DNA of 54,984 nt, filler included, from Sphacelaria rigidula (GCA_964200075.2; 6 parts of 6 records of this genome joined end to end with filler, not necessarily neighbours in it), one strand, 5' to 3'; positions 11,367 to 25,500 are shown, numbered from the whole stretch's first letter. Notes: generated by a model from the sequence alone, not told the origin. Numbers and translations are program-made.

Positions 11367-13136
11367 CTGTTTCGGAGAGAGCGCCCAAGTCATGCAATCG
11401 CCCCACGGCAACAGGAACATCAGCCGAGTGATCAGTGAGATATTTCACGGCTTCGGGCACACTGCTGCGGAAAAGTAGCCGATGCGTCCGCTCGTACGGC
11501 GTCACAAGGCAGCTGTCAGTCGTGGCTCATCTAGCCGCCTGGGCGGGGGGGGGTCTTATCGATGGTGTTCCTCAGTTTTCAAAAAAATCACTTCTGGAAA
11601 ATGATTGCCCCAAGAACGACCGTTTTCGAGTCTTATCGGCACGGAAATGCGACGGTTCTGGAAGTGGCCGTTTGTCCAACATCTCTGTATACTACTGAAG
11701 ACAAAACGCAACAAGGCAACACGGCCCCGACACACCGCGCCACACAAACCCACGTACAGACACCCACCACTCACGCGCGTAAGCTCGAGAGCTAGCACTT
11801 AATCATGTACACACGGCAATCTTTGTTTGACGGAATCCGTCCAGTATTGTACTGGATGAGAGGCGACCGCGTTCGTGTCAAATCGCAGCCGAAAACATGC
11901 CGTTACTGACTGTTTGTGGGCGTGTGCTGTTCGCGCATCTCACGCAAATCATCATTTGTTACTGAACTCTGAACCGATGTGAGCAAGGTCACGCACAGCA
12001 TGCTCAGCAGATGAGCAGCAATGGATCGAGCGGTGTGTTTCGGTTTCCGAGGGCAGTGCGATCCTCGGGTTCACGTTCTACTGTCTGTCGAAACTTTGGT
12101 GATACCCTGTCAACGGGACGCTTCATGTTCCCGTTCGAGGTGTCACAAAAGCAATTTTTCAAAGGTGATTTTTCGACACTTCTTCTTTTCCTTTTCCTTT
12201 TCCTTTTTTTTTTGGGGGGGGGGTGTGTCGCAGCAACCAATCATCGATCGTTTTTTCGAAAAGCGATTTTTCGAAAAGTGATGATCACTTCCGATAAAAC
12301 GCCGGCTTATTGCGGTCCGGAAAAAAATATTGAGGAAGGAAAAACGCCACCCTTTCCCTCCGCAGATCGTGATTTTTGCCAGCAATGTTATTTTCCGTCC
12401 ATTTCGCCAAAAAAAATGAACTGGTCTTCAGAGATGTCAAAGTCCATCGGAAGACACGGGGTTCACCAAACACGCCTCCCAAGACAACGCACTGTAGTTC
12501 GTTGTACAGAAAGGATACACATGAAGTGCTTCCGCACACAGGACGACGGTACATCGAGCACACACCGTGTACGGTGCAGCAACAGGACTACTATACGGGC
12601 AATACCGCTGAGCAACAGTACAGACAAAGCGCACAGCTACGGCACATACTGTAGCTACACATACACAGTACCGTACGGTGCATGCAGCAGAGCCGCACAG
12701 ATAGCGCACTGTGCAATGTATGGAAGTACCGAAACGAGCACGGAAAGGTACACTACACACGGTGCACAGCTGTGGACATCAGGAAATACAACCGGCGCTG
12801 TTCGTGCACCACATGAATCATGGCAACAGTCACGAGGACTCGCACCTCCATCTCAGGAGTGTAAAACCCGCCAAATTTTACACAGAGTAACGAAAAGGCA
12901 GTCCCGTCGATAAGAACGATCGCGAAAACTCAAGCCGCACCCGCATTTGACCGCAGAACACCCCTGCTGTTGGTAGTGGTGGGGTTGTTATTGTTATCGC
13001 TGCTCCCTTTCTTCTTCCCTTTCTGAGGCCGTTGCTTTCGTCTTTTTCTGTTCTTCTCTTTTATCTTTCATTATTCTGTTCTTTTGTGGCTGCTCCTGAC
13101 CACGGGCTGGATTGTTGCAATCAGCTAATGCGAGAT

Positions 13137-13206
<70 letters not shown>
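13137..13206. repeat. (AATC)n tetranucleotide microsatellite
   Basis: About 17 perfect AATC units. Confidence 0.95.
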
Positions 13207-13799
13207 CACTCTGGTGAGGCCGTCATAAACTGATGAAAATGTCCGTCCGCAGCATCCAGCGTACAACGTACAACAAAACTATAACAGAGCACTACAAACA
13301 AGTCGTCAGGCTCCCGGACATGTCAACTACTGTAACAGATGCTTATCGAAAAGTGGTACTACCATGTACACGAGATTATTTTCGGAATAGTTCACTCAAT
13401 AATTGCTTCCAGTATTTTTGACCAACTTCCGAAAGCTTTCCCTACGGAAACGCAAAAGAGTTGAGCGGGCCCCACAAATGGTGGAGGTGTGACGACATGT
13501 ACCGTATGAATGTCAAGATTCGAAGAGTGAGTACATGGGGCACATGCGGAAATGCTTGGATTTCACTGAATGACATAGCCGTGGGTCTCAACCAGCATAT
13601 ATTCGACTATTACAGCACAATAGTGCACGAAACACCAGTACTACAGTATATGTACCCCCATCTTACCTCGGTTCACGAGCGACGACTTCGCTCCTGGTGT
13701 TCGGTCTTCTCGACTGAGGCTTTGTGTCACCACCTCCGTGTACCTAAACGAAATAGAGGCACGGAGCAGTCGGGGATCAGGACGGGAGGGGGCGTACCC

Positions 13800-13910
13800 A
13801 TTCGTTACTGACCACGCATTCCTTTCGAGACGGAGCATCGTCCCTACTCCTGATCGAGACACCTCCAACATTCCGGCGCTCATTACGTTTCTTCCATGCG
13901 TTACACAGGA
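13800..13910 (-). mobile_element. LINE 3'-end fragment
   Basis: 'gaccacgca..cctttcgagacggagca.cgt.cctactcct' is shared with 15205-15490, 16480-16990 and 49010-49445. Confidence 0.7.
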
Positions 13911-14199
13911 CGGGGGGGAGGGCGCCCAAGCCGTTTACCCTTTACCTTGCAAAATTGATTTATTGATGCATCTGGTTGATTCAGTGATTCAGTGACCGTC
14001 GCACACTGACTGCTCCGCCATGTATCCGGCTGCGGTCAAGAACGAGGTGGGCGTACCTCACGCAAGGTGGATGATGGAATTGCTCGCCCAAGGAAATCCA
14101 GGGGGAAAGGCAAGATGGGAAAAGGGAAATGGGAAATGAAAATAAAAAAACGAAAAATGAAGAATGAAAATGGAAGAATGGCAGAAGAACGATGATCAC

Positions 14200-14400
14200 C
14201 TGATAATGATAATGGTGATGGTAATAACGAATGGTGATGGTGATAACGAATGGTGATGGCAATGATATGGATACTGATTAATTATTAAAAAAACGATGAT
14301 GAAAATTATAATGATAAATGGTAGTGATATTGAGGATAATGATAAAATAACGACAATGGTAATAATATAATACTACAAAAATGACAATTATTATTATTTC
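14200..14400. repeat. Degenerate (GAT/AAT/GGT)n low-complexity tract
   Basis: Visible trinucleotide periodicity. Confidence 0.8.
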
Positions 14401-15204
14401 CTCACATTAGTCCGATCTCGCGAACCCGTGGTCAAATACGTCGGCTCGCCTTTCCAATACCGTCCTTGCTATTCCTTACCAGACACATTACCAAAATAAA
14501 ATAAAAAAATATAAAAATAAGAAGAGAGACGCAATACAAGAAAGAAAAAAAAAAGACCAAGACTGAATCGAAAGCCACGTTAAAAAATCGTTCAACAGTC
14601 GCGAGTAAACGCTACAAATTACCGGTCAATGTAGGTGTCGGTGTGTACTGTTGTGTAGTACTCGAGTGTTGGTAAGTTATCGTAACAATCGGCATCAAGA
14701 TGGACATCGCTCATCCCGACCTGCAGGTAACAGCCGAAGATTGTCACATTGACTAGGGAGCTTCAACACGGGGAGTGAGAGCACCACTACTCATATTGTG
14801 TTGGTGTTACTCATATTGTTGGCACAACGGTATGCTATACCGTTTCATAGAGAAGTAATCTGACCATAGTGACGACAAGATCACACTGGAGCGGGGGAGA
14901 AGGCATCTGCACGAAGACGGGAGAGGGGGGAGCCTGCGCGAATAACATGTGGTCAAGCAATACAAAGCTTCCTTGAAGATGTGCGTTGCGATAAAAACAT
15001 GGAAACATGCTAAGTTTGGATCGATAATGAACACCTTCATAAATCACTGCACGACAAAATCGTAAGGATGGAGGGGGGCACGCCCTATATCGAGCATTCC
15101 CTTGTCAAGGATGGTCCCTGCTTGCGCATAGGCCTTGTCGTCATTTGCTAGGATTTCAAAGGTGCTTAGCACTGGGGAGGGTAGACAGTAGGGTAAGTGG
15201 GGGG

Positions 15205-15490
15205 GGGACGTACTCATTCACTGCTTGCCTTAATCGCTTGACCATTGACCACGCACCCCTTTCGAGACGGAGCACCGTTCCTACTCCTAATAGAGACACC
15301 TCCAACATTTACGTGCTCATTACGCTTCTTCCATACATTACACAAAAACCTTCTACATATCTTAGCCCAGTCCTGTTTCGTCGTCTGTGACCACCATCCA
15401 TCTCCTAGTACAGTGTGTAGCCGTCGTTTTTCCCCTTCTGTCTAGTACATCAAACGATTTCACGCCGTGTTCGTTCACGTCCCGCATTAA
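15205..15490 (-). mobile_element. LINE 3'-end fragment
   Basis: Reverse-complement homology to 16700-16985. Confidence 0.75.
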
Positions 15491-16129
15491 AGGGGAGGCA
15501 TACCTTGAAATATTTGTTTTTGAGTAGGTCAAGTGGATGCACCATGATCCACTTGTCGACTATTTTGTGTGGTGGATTGTTTGCCGACAAAACGGACGGG
15601 GCCTACCACCTCAAAGCTTCTACTTGCACTGCAGAAGAGCAATGTTACCGTGAAGCATGTGACCCCCATGATGCCACTGCACAGGGCTTGGTGCGTGAAC
15701 ACAGAGTACACAGCAGCAAGAAAAATGATAACTCACCGCAGAGAAATACTAAAATACGATAGCACGTACTGGTACAGTACAGCCAGTACAGCACAGTGGG
15801 CGGGGAAAACGCGGGGGTTCGAATCCCGCCACATGCATCGAGTTTCGTTTTATTCGACCCTTTTTCTAGGATAGCCCGTGCCCCCCCCAAAACCAGCCCA
15901 AGACTGCCACTAAGAAAATGGTCATACAGCGCCTGATGGTTGGTTTCAGGCTGCATGGAACGCGTCAGAAGGGCGACATGGGCGAAAGCGAACCCAGGTA
16001 TTGGAATACCCAGCTGTTCGCTGTGCCCGGCGTTTTTCATTTCGATTCACGGATAGATTTTGCCTCCCCAAACCAGCCACTTTTTGTGTGTGTGTGTGTG
16101 GGGGGGGGGGGGCTATCGTAGAAAGTGTC

Positions 16130-16370
16130 TCCTTCACAAGTGTCTGGTTTTCATCGTTGATAAAAGCATGAGGACAAGAGTAGCAAAAGAGCCTGTTTGG
16201 CTGGGTTTGTCAGACGACAGTCGACTAGATGCGGGAATGCTGATCCAACCTGCGGGACCGAAAAATACAAAGCGTGTACCGGACAGGGGAGAGATGGTTT
16301 GATCCCCTTGAGACTAGTAAACCTCGGACTCGTCCCGAGGAAGGGAGGAGTAGTTACAAGTGTGACAGGA
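16130..16370 (+). mobile_element. SINE family B copy (degenerate)
   Basis: Homologous to 8820-9000. Confidence 0.65.
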
Positions 16371-16479
16371 AAAAAAAAAAAAAACGCACACACACACCAC
16401 TATTGTAGGATCATTTGTCGAACTGAGATCGAGTAGTTAAAGAAAAAGCAATGCATATACATACATATAATCTTCCCTC

Positions 16480-16990
16480 GTACTTTGCACCCCCCCTTCC
16501 GGCGAAATATCTGAAACTACGAGGGTGGGTGGGGGACCCGGACCTACCTGCCAGAGACAAGAAAGAGATAAACCAGTCGTCGGAAGGAGGAGGAACTAGA
16601 TGCACAGAACTAACTGCCCCTGTGGCAAAGCAAAAGAGAGCAGAACTCATGTAGTGGCAGAATTTGAACTATACAAGGAGGAACGGGACGTGCTAGAGGG
16701 GGAGATGCGGGACCTGAACGAAGGTGGCATGAAATCGTTCGATGCAGTAGACAGTAGCGAAAAAACGATGGCTATGCTAGGAAATAAACGGTGGTCCCAG
16801 AACGCGAAACAAGACGGGGATAAGATACGTAAAAGGTTTTTGTGTAATGTATGGAAGAAACGTAATGAGCACCTAAATGTTAGAGATGTCTCTATTAGGA
16901 GTAGGAACGGTGCTCCGTCTCGAAAGTGATGCGCGGTCAATGGTCAAACGACTGAGGCCAGCAACAAATGAGTACGCCCCCCTCCCCTCT
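16480..16990 (+). mobile_element. Non-LTR retrotransposon (LINE) ORF2 C-terminal remnant
   Basis: Encodes ...KLRGWVGDPDLP.R...CPCGKAKESRTHVVAEFELYKEER..., resembling the Cys/His 'CPCG..ES..H....C..Y..ER' C-terminal region of LINE ORF2. Several 5'-truncated copies share the same 3' end. Confidence 0.7.
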
Positions 16991-16992
16991 CC

Positions 16993-17076
16993 CCCGGCGT
17001 GCTCCGTCCCGGCTTTGTAGCGATGTGAGGTCAACGGTCTCATGACTAGGGCATGCAAGATCATGAGTACACCCCA
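16993..17076 (+). mobile_element. Short retroposed 3'-end repeat (…gtcaatggtctcatgactagggcatgcaagatcatgagtacacccc)
   Basis: Copies at 36726-36783 (+), 50115-50200 (+) and ~48275-48365 (-). Confidence 0.65.
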
Positions 17077-17108
17077 AATATATATATCGTCATACTCTAT
17101 ATCCCCAC

Positions 17109-17203
17109 CTGTTTCCTCGCGAGTGCTGTGTCAGTGGACGAAGGACTTTTTTTGCCGGACAGTTGCTTTGAGCTCTGACTACGGCTGATGCCCTTGTGGC
17201 CAC
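17109..17203 (-). CDS. Candidate internal exon (GGHKGISRSQSSKQLSGKKSPSSTDTALARKQ), possibly of the coiled-coil gene
   Basis: Acceptor gcag|GT, donor CAG|gtgggg and one open frame. No recognisable homology. Confidence 0.4.
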
Positions 17204-17851
17204 CTGCCGACAACACGAGGTCATTCGTTAACAGCGGAAACAAGACGGCGAAAACTTCCACAATAAGCAAGGCCACGTGAGGGCCGTTTGAATAAAATGG
17301 TCGCTCTCAATCGTATCTTTAACTGTTAGTCTCACGAATATACTGTTAGTACTAGATTGAAAAAAACTGGTTCACCACACCTCCAAGTGCAACAACGATG
17401 GGCTCGCTGGCATCCCTTCTGCGTGTTTTCGAATAAAGCGTAATGAAACATGAGCAGCAATACCACCAGGAACAACGAACTGTAAAAGCTGCACAGGTCG
17501 GACAGCTCGTGAGCTACACAAATAATACTTATTATAAGTGTACTGATTCGGATCATGAGCCAGCTCATTTGGCCCCTGTTCCCGTATTTTCTCACCGCAG
17601 CGCTGGACACCGAGCACGCGGTGCAGCACAAACGTTGCGTTTTGGCTTCTTCGACCCCGCGGTCACGTTTTTTGCTTGTGTTTTTTGGACGAACGAATCT
17701 GACAGTACTCTTTGATTTGTTGTTTTAGGTATTATAGCTCATGGGCTGTCTGAGGTGTGAAAAGCTTCTACCCAAATTTTATTTTCATTACCCAAAATCA
17801 TAAAATAGTTCAATGCTTCAGTGCACCACGTATCGACATGTCTACACACAC

Positions 17852-17883
<32 letters not shown>

Positions 17884-18152
17884 GATTATCTTCTCGCATA
17901 ATATCTGCCATGATTCCACCAACCTCTCCCTTTCATCACGAGACTGTTTTGGATCATGACCCTGGTTCGTTTCACTACTCTCGTATTGTACTCATCACTG
18001 ATCCTGTAGGGTCAAACGCACACGCACACACACACACAAATCAAACGCGAGGATAGATGACAACGGGCGAATCTACCCATCACCACCACCAACGACGCGA
18101 GTCACAACGATCAAAAGTGGCCAAAACAACAGCTCGGTCATTCGGTGTTTCC

Positions 18153-18264
18153 CACGGTTAGGACGAATCATCACGGGTTCGAGTCACCAAATCCACGATT
18201 TCTTCAGCCTGATTGCCCGAAAGGGAGAAAAAAGTTGACCGCTGGTCCAAGGGGTATCCACGCA
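18153..18264 (+). mobile_element. hAT-like MITE family C, left half (truncated by scaffold end)
   Basis: Near-identical to 51187-51295. Confidence 0.8.
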
Positions 18265-18364
18265 NNNNNNNNNNNNNNNNNNNNNNNNNNNNNNNNNNNN
18301 NNNNNNNNTTAATTAATTAANNNNNNNNNNNNNNNNNNNNNNNNNNNNNNNNNNNNNNNNNNNN
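18265..18364. other. Artificial scaffold spacer
   Basis: Same 100-bp N/TTAATTAATTAA/N spacer. Confidence 0.97.
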
Positions 18365-18599
18365 ACTGATTTGGGCGTTAGAGCTGATTTTGGACTGCTA
18401 CACGCCTTTCATGTGGGCGAAATTGCTGCAAACGAGCCCAATAGTGGGATCGCAGCCGGTTCGTTGGATGGTGCCGATGCACTTTTCGTGGGGGGGCTAT
18501 CTCGGAATTAGTCATTAGTACTGTGGGCAGTTCTTCGTTCGCGGGCGCCATTCAAAGACGTATTTTACATGCCGAAAATGCTCAATGTATCCCCCCGCA

Positions 18600-19510
18600 A
18601 GCGTGTTCAATATACATTGGCTGCAGAATAGCTATCCGATCAGCGTGCGCAATATATGTTGGAAAAACAATATTTCTGCATGGTTTGCGTTCAATATATA
18701 TTATGGTAACAATATGCTACGCATCGCCTCGACTCAATATTTATTGACACTTCAATACATACACGGCCGGCATGCACAATATATATTGAATGCTTTATTC
18801 TCGCAGCAACTGCATGTCCAATATATATTGACGAATAAAGCATTCAATATATATTGTGTGCTTGGGTGGTGATGTTTAGCAAAGATATTTATATAACATG
18901 CTGGAAAGGGGATGGATGGGCGGCCCCGTACCGGTGACCAGATAGGTATCAGGAGGCATTTATGCCGGGTCGCCTCTTCTGTCACCATATTTCTAACCAG
19001 TATACATATATATATATATATGTGTGTGTGTGTACATATCAAATGCATTCGACAGCTTTCCGCAGTAATGCACGCGAATTTCTGCGGCTCCTTTTAAAGC
19101 TTTTCCCAATCTGCACGGGCTCCGGCATCCGTCGCGTCTGAATCTCTCCTAGAGCGTACACGATACTTATAACATCTAATATATTTTGACCGGCCAATAA
19201 ATGGTCACCCACGCAGACCCAATATATATTGACCGGTCAATATGTCCTCATCAATGCGACCCTACTATATATTGGTCGTGCAATATGTTAGCGCCCACGC
19301 TGCCCCAATATATATTGATGGGACAATATGTGTTCAACCCAATGGTAACAATATATATTGGGCGGGCAATATGTATGCAGTCTCACGACCTCAATATATA
19401 TTGGGCGCGCAATACATGTGCAGTCTAAGGGTACCAATAAAAATTACCCCGGCAATATATCGCGAAATTGCAATATGATCGACTAATATATATTGGAAAC
19501 ATATTGTATT
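18600..19510. repeat. Two arrays of the palindrome CAATATATATTG at 42-43 bp period
   Basis: Cores start at 18608, 18650, 18692, 18735, 18777, 18819 and at 19177, 19220, 19263, 19306, 19349, 19392. Confidence 0.85.
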
Positions 19511-22268
19511 GTCTAGGGTGTGAAATAATCCACGTACACATGCACTAGTGTTCAGCTCGGCAATATTCAATGAGCTGAGAGTTGACGTATATGTGAATTG
19601 AAGCCGAAGCTAGGTGTCGACGCAGCAGTTGCGGCGATCCTATGCGTTTCAAGCGCAGCGTGGCCCGAAACGATGATTTTGCACGACGCTGAAGTTATTC
19701 CGAAAACTAAAACACTTTCCAATGACAGTTGTACAGGGCAACGATATCAAACCCGTGCGGAGCCAGGGACGTATGTTGCCAGCCTTGTTGTCTACATCGG
19801 CCCCCTGTCGATCGAGGCTGGGACCAAGACGAGAAATGCCCAACAGTGAAGGTTCTCCATGTGTGGCAGGTGCCGCTGGGATTTAGGCGCCGTGTCGAGC
19901 GACACGGGGCCGCGCAGAGTAGCCAAAGAGGAGAGCATGTTCAGGCGAGGATCACTGCGAACCTGCTCCGACAGCGGGCAGCGTCTCTTCTCCTACAGTG
20001 CCAGACTTACCCTGCTCCTTATCACGGCAGTTGAAATTTTCTTATATCACGAGAATGATAGGGGAGACTATTGTTGTTATCTTATATTGTGATGGTAAAT
20101 GACTGCGTGCCTGAATTAAACTACTTCTTTGGGATCCACAAATGGGTCCCCAGAAACGACCGGCGGGTATGGAAAGATTCTAGTCGAATGCATGCTGTAT
20201 AATGCAGGAATTGGATTGTTTTATTGTTGAAGCGTTGATGTTGGAAAAGGATTGTACCCGATTAGCCGCGTGCACCTGCTGCTACTACAGCCTTGATTTG
20301 CGAAAAGCACGGCGTGTCACGCTGATTTGGTAGTGTCACGGGGTTGATTTGGTAGTATGACGGGGTTGTACGCGAGGCAGGATGAGGGCGAACAGTACGC
20401 CGACCCTCGCCTACGGGGTTCACTCGAACACACCGACCGGCCTACAAGCACCTATTGGATAGAGAAGAGCTTTTTACCCATCACCTACCATCCTCGGTCT
20501 CTCCGCCTCCACGGTCGCGAGCCACAGCATTGACGTGAGTCTAAGCTGTGCTGTACTTCTACCCTCATCCACAATTGTTACTTTGTTTTCTGGCTTCAGG
20601 GTTGTGTGGTATTCCCTTTTGACAGCTGGGCTATTGTATTGAGATATTGAAACAACAGTTTGAGTGTAGCAAGTCGAACCGGGACCGCTTGCTGACACCT
20701 CACAAGGTTGTGACTTGCTTGCGTTCGGCGTATACGGCTTTACTGCTTGCGGTACTGCCTATACCGCCACATTGTGGGGCTTCAGAGGTAGCTTGTGACC
20801 TCAAGCTGTAGGGTTTTCTCTCTCGTCGGCTGCTGCTGCTCACGCATCAGCCCACCACAAGCTTCCGTTTTTTTTTTTTCAAGTACTGTATTATCGGCCC
20901 TTGTTTTGCACTTGATATTTGTGTACACGATTTATCGGTGTAGCACACGCGGGTAATTAGACAGTTTCTTGGACAGCTGTCATTTCTTTTACTCGGAGTT
21001 GGACATACATTCCAACACGCGTTCGCTGCAAGTCTTCGATGTGCCGTACAGTACCCACGTTGGTTTCAGGCAAAGGGGACCGAACTACAAGGCGCTCCAG
21101 GTACGAGCGCACACGCAAGCCCTCTTTTGCTACACCACCAACCACCACCCAAACACCCCGCGACCGCTGCTGCTCACAGTCCGTCGATCCGGTATCAACC
21201 GAATCGACCGACATGTGTCCCAACACACGCCGATTCATGCTTGCAGGCAACGAGTACGCGGCCTATTTCAATCGCCGCCCGCTGCGCAGACGAGTTTTCT
21301 TCCAAACACGGAACGTTAAGCCACCATGCGCACCGAACTATATCGATGCCACATGATGGACCAGGATTGAGAATGTTGTTCGTACACGAGCATGACTGAA
21401 CACGGCGAGGCGCGAGGCCCATGTTACTTGTACACAAGCTCTCGACTCTGTACTCTTTTTACTTTCACACGGCACCAGGGTACACTACACTTTGATTGCC
21501 GCCCCACCAACACGCACTACAGTACGTACTTGATCATCCGGTAGGCCACATACCATTCCCGTTGAAATATATTGTTCCGAATTGAAGTACTGACAACAGT
21601 ACCCCACCGTTTGAATTACAAATGGTCTCAGCGGGTAATATCTTGCGGACGGTGAGGTGCCGTGCTGTAGCATACGTTGGTACTGCTGCACTATCTGAAC
21701 GAAGTCATCTATATTGCACTGTAGATATGAACACGACGCGGGTATAGCGCTGTGCCGGTTGTTCTTCGTGTGATACGAACGAACTGACATTGGTGCTGTA
21801 CCATTGACCCGACCCTCCGCTGCACCACGCGAAGATCATACGTACTGTACTGTCCCACCAAGCATTTACTGTCCAATACTTTGAGCGCTGCTGTTTGTAC
21901 TGCACTACATATCTATATTGCGGTCGTACGTGTCCATCTTTTAATTGTCTCACCTGTACGATGTACGTCACCAACACCCCAACTCGGCTATTTTCAGCGA
22001 ACTAGGCGGTGCTGTTATGAGTTTCGCCAGCTGCGCTGATATTGCCTCTGGACACGCGGCATCCGACAGCTGTTTTTTTTCTCAACCTCAACATGTTCTC
22101 AAAACAGAACTGAGCGGTTTGACGTTGCTGTTCGCTGCGTTACATACGTATATCCCTTCATGGCATGCAGGCTTATCCAATGCGCTATTTCGCTGGTGAC
22201 AGTCACTGTATGTCTGTTGATTGTGACAACCTTCGTTTTCTTGTCTCGTGTATTACAATTTATCCACC

Positions 22269-22333
<65 letters not shown>

Positions 22334-22595
22334 TTTGTTGTGTGCCTTCGACGTATTTGTTTCCCTTTCGTCTGCACCTGATTGAAGAGGTGGTAGACCT
22401 CATGCATGTGCGGAGTGCGCGGAACTACATGTCGATCGACTGTCGACAGTACCCTGCCACTCTATTCCTTTCTATTTTTGTTCACTCCACCTCAGTCCTC
22501 AACAACTATGCTGTCTCACACGACGAAACGTTCACTTTTCAACCCCCACATCTCTATGTTACCGGTCTGGCGCAAATTGCGCAAATGTACAAGCC

Positions 22596-25500
22596 ATGTC
22601 TGATATCAACCGCCCCTTGACTTCATCGGAGCACGATGTCACGAAGGACGGTGCGCTCCCTATAGACAATGGTGAAACAACCGTACAGCCAACCCAAATC
22701 ATGCGTAGTGAGACGATTGGCAACAACGAACCGGAACGTTTCGATGTTGATGATGCCGTTGTTGCAGGACGTATTTTCAGGGACGTGAGTGTGGATGAAG
22801 ACAATCAACAACGTTTTCGTGAGATTGAGAGTAGAATGCTGGTTAAGAGTGGCTTTGATCATTCGCTTTAATTTAGTCATTTTTTCATTCCGTGTGTGCT
22901 TTTCTTCGTCTCTAACACTAGCGTGTGCTTACAGCTACACGTCGATATCCTACTCAGGGATATCAAGGGCCTCAGTGGCGAGCTACTAAATAAAGCATAT
23001 CGGGCTTCACGGAGGTGCATTTCGGAACTGAAACTATTCAGTCACTAATTGACTGCTTTTCACTCTCAATCGTATTCTCTACTCTCAATCTCACGAGAAC
23101 ATTGTTAATCCTCCTCCACATGCTCACCCTGACCCCGTTGGTGCCCACTCCCCTGTACACCAACCAGCCACTCAAACCGCTGACGGTGTTCCCACTCTTC
23201 ATTCTCAGATGGCATCTCTCCACGTGAGCCCTAAAGCTAGGAAAACCTTTCCTGACGATGACCTCCGCACCCCACCAGGGCGGTACCTACAGAGCGCTGA
23301 TGCCCACCGCACAACTTGACAACCTTTTGGGAACGTTCTACAAGTTCCGGAGATCCCAAATAGCATCCAGTGGAGTGACTCAGGACGCGTTGCTTAGCCC
23401 AAAACCTAAGCGCCGCCACCTGCCTGTTTATTTTCTACTTCTGTAGTTTACTTCTCATCAGTCGGTACAATCCCACAGTCAGAAATAAACAATGACCGGT
23501 AATCCAGCGCAGGAGTTTCCAACAATTTTATGTCAACATTGCTTTTTCGCTCGGCCAGGTCACAAACATTACACACGTGAATCAACGGCGGCCATCGCGG
23601 GTTCAACCATATGGTGTGGGTTACCTGAATATGCTCACACTGCCTTGAAGGGTTCCAAGACAGTCGACGCCCGTGCACCGTTGCATGGCTATCAATTGAG
23701 CAGTGACCAAACCCAACGTTTTGATCCTGGATTTGATCCCCCAGTTTTACATTCACCAGGTACTGATCATATTCAACCGAATCCCCTCCCTTTCAAGGAG
23801 AGGAAGTTATGTAATGCAGTTTATCACGCATCAGGAGCTGAAATATCTTCTGGTACGATAGACACTGCTACTCCGACCGTTCATCGGGGAACAGAAAATT
23901 CGAAGCCGCACACTCAAGCACCCCCTAACTGCTGAAGTGCTCGGCTAACCACCCTACCGAGTTCTGCAAAAACTGCGGTACTCGGTTCCCTTTTATTTAG
24001 TAAGCGTAATTATTCCTTGAAGGGTCGCAACCGCAAAGAACCCATGCTTTCCGTCGCTCAGCGGGTTGGAATGGAGCCCCAAGTGACAGCGACTCAGGTG
24101 GTGCGCCAAGAGCGTGACCTAGGTTCGACTGTCCGAGAACTCATTGAAATAGCTCTTGGAGCCGCCGACCCTTTCGTGCGCTATACGCGTCATCCTAGGC
24201 GGGTTCCTCCAGATGATCATGTACATAACCCTGACGTAGCAAGCGCACGTGAACTCCAAGGAGGAGATTACGTGTGGGCTCACACAGATGAAAACCTTAG
24301 AGTGGAACAGGCCGGTACTCCCCAGATTTCGAACAAATCGTTACTGCTCCCTAACCACCCCGCGTGCACTGCGTTAGAACCCATTTCCGATAAAGCGTTG
24401 CTGTCTGTAGGGACAGAGACTTCGCCGACTGATGGATGTTCGCATCCTCGCCATGAAGTCACGTCAATTGTGTGTTCGTCACCAGGCAAACAAAGTGTTA
24501 CGCAACACGACTCGTGTCTTGACTTGCCCACGTTCGCCCCTTTAATAGACGCCGGGTTGAACAGTACGGCTTTACCAACCCCGCGTCCTGACGAATCGTT
24601 TCCAAAACCCTCCATGTTGGCCCTAACTAGTGATGGTATCGAGTTGATTGGCGTATCAAACTCAACACTGCGCCCCGATGAATCGTCCCCTGTTCCGACC
24701 AAGCTGGATAATGTAATTGATTCCGCTTTGCACATTGACGATTCACCCCCTCTGTTGGCCAATAAGGGTAAAACACCACGCATAGATCAGTTGTCGGGTC
24801 CAACCACGACAACTGCCCTTCCCCGGCATCGCCCCTCCGTTGCAGTATATGAGATTCAACCCTCGACTGATGAGACAAATATTCCAGACACAAACACTGA
24901 CACTCCATGCACGCACCATCCTTCCGACCAAAAGCTTTCCCACAGGATCATCAACGGGTGAATTTTAGCACCTTCGTCAAAAACGCAAAGCAGGATGTGT
25001 CGGATGTCTTACCCGAAGTCGAGCCCGATCTCGTCAGTGGTACTGCAACTCTGAATGATGCTTCTTTTACGACCAAGATAAGCTTTTTCACAGTGGAACG
25101 CGTGCAAGCTGTCATTTGATAGCTCTTGCACTACCAGACTCTGGTTCACCTCAAACATTCATTACAGCCAGCTGCTGGCAACAGGTGATCAACGCGGGTG
25201 CGGCGGACGAGCATTGTCTGTCCACCGTGCGCCCTCGTGTTTTTGGTGGGTTTGGTTCTTCCACATCTCTTACGGTCAATCAATCGGTGAGACTAAGTGT
25301 AAAATTTTACTAGGATACTACTCCCACTGCTCGGTTGTCCATATGGGCACTAATAGTGCCCGACGGTTCCATGTCTTTTGGTGTTTTGTTGGGTCGAGAT
25401 AGTTGGCTTCGTTTTTCCACACACACGTACACGACAGACACACCTGTCTCGAATCGTCCAGTCACAGGCAAACTGTCACTGGGTTCTTTCGACACTGATT

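Noticed and set aside
12011-12913. 300-aa plus-strand ORF
   Set aside because: It crosses low-complexity and repeat-like sequence, has no recognisable motif, and lies antisense in a probable intron.
20166-20470. Possible solo LTR related to the copia LTR at 44820-45428
   Set aside because: Only patchy by-eye similarity at both ends, with no clear TG...CA or TSD.
20957-22200. Cluster of short ORFs suggesting a decayed gene
   Set aside because: No consistent frame, splice pattern or motif could be recognised.
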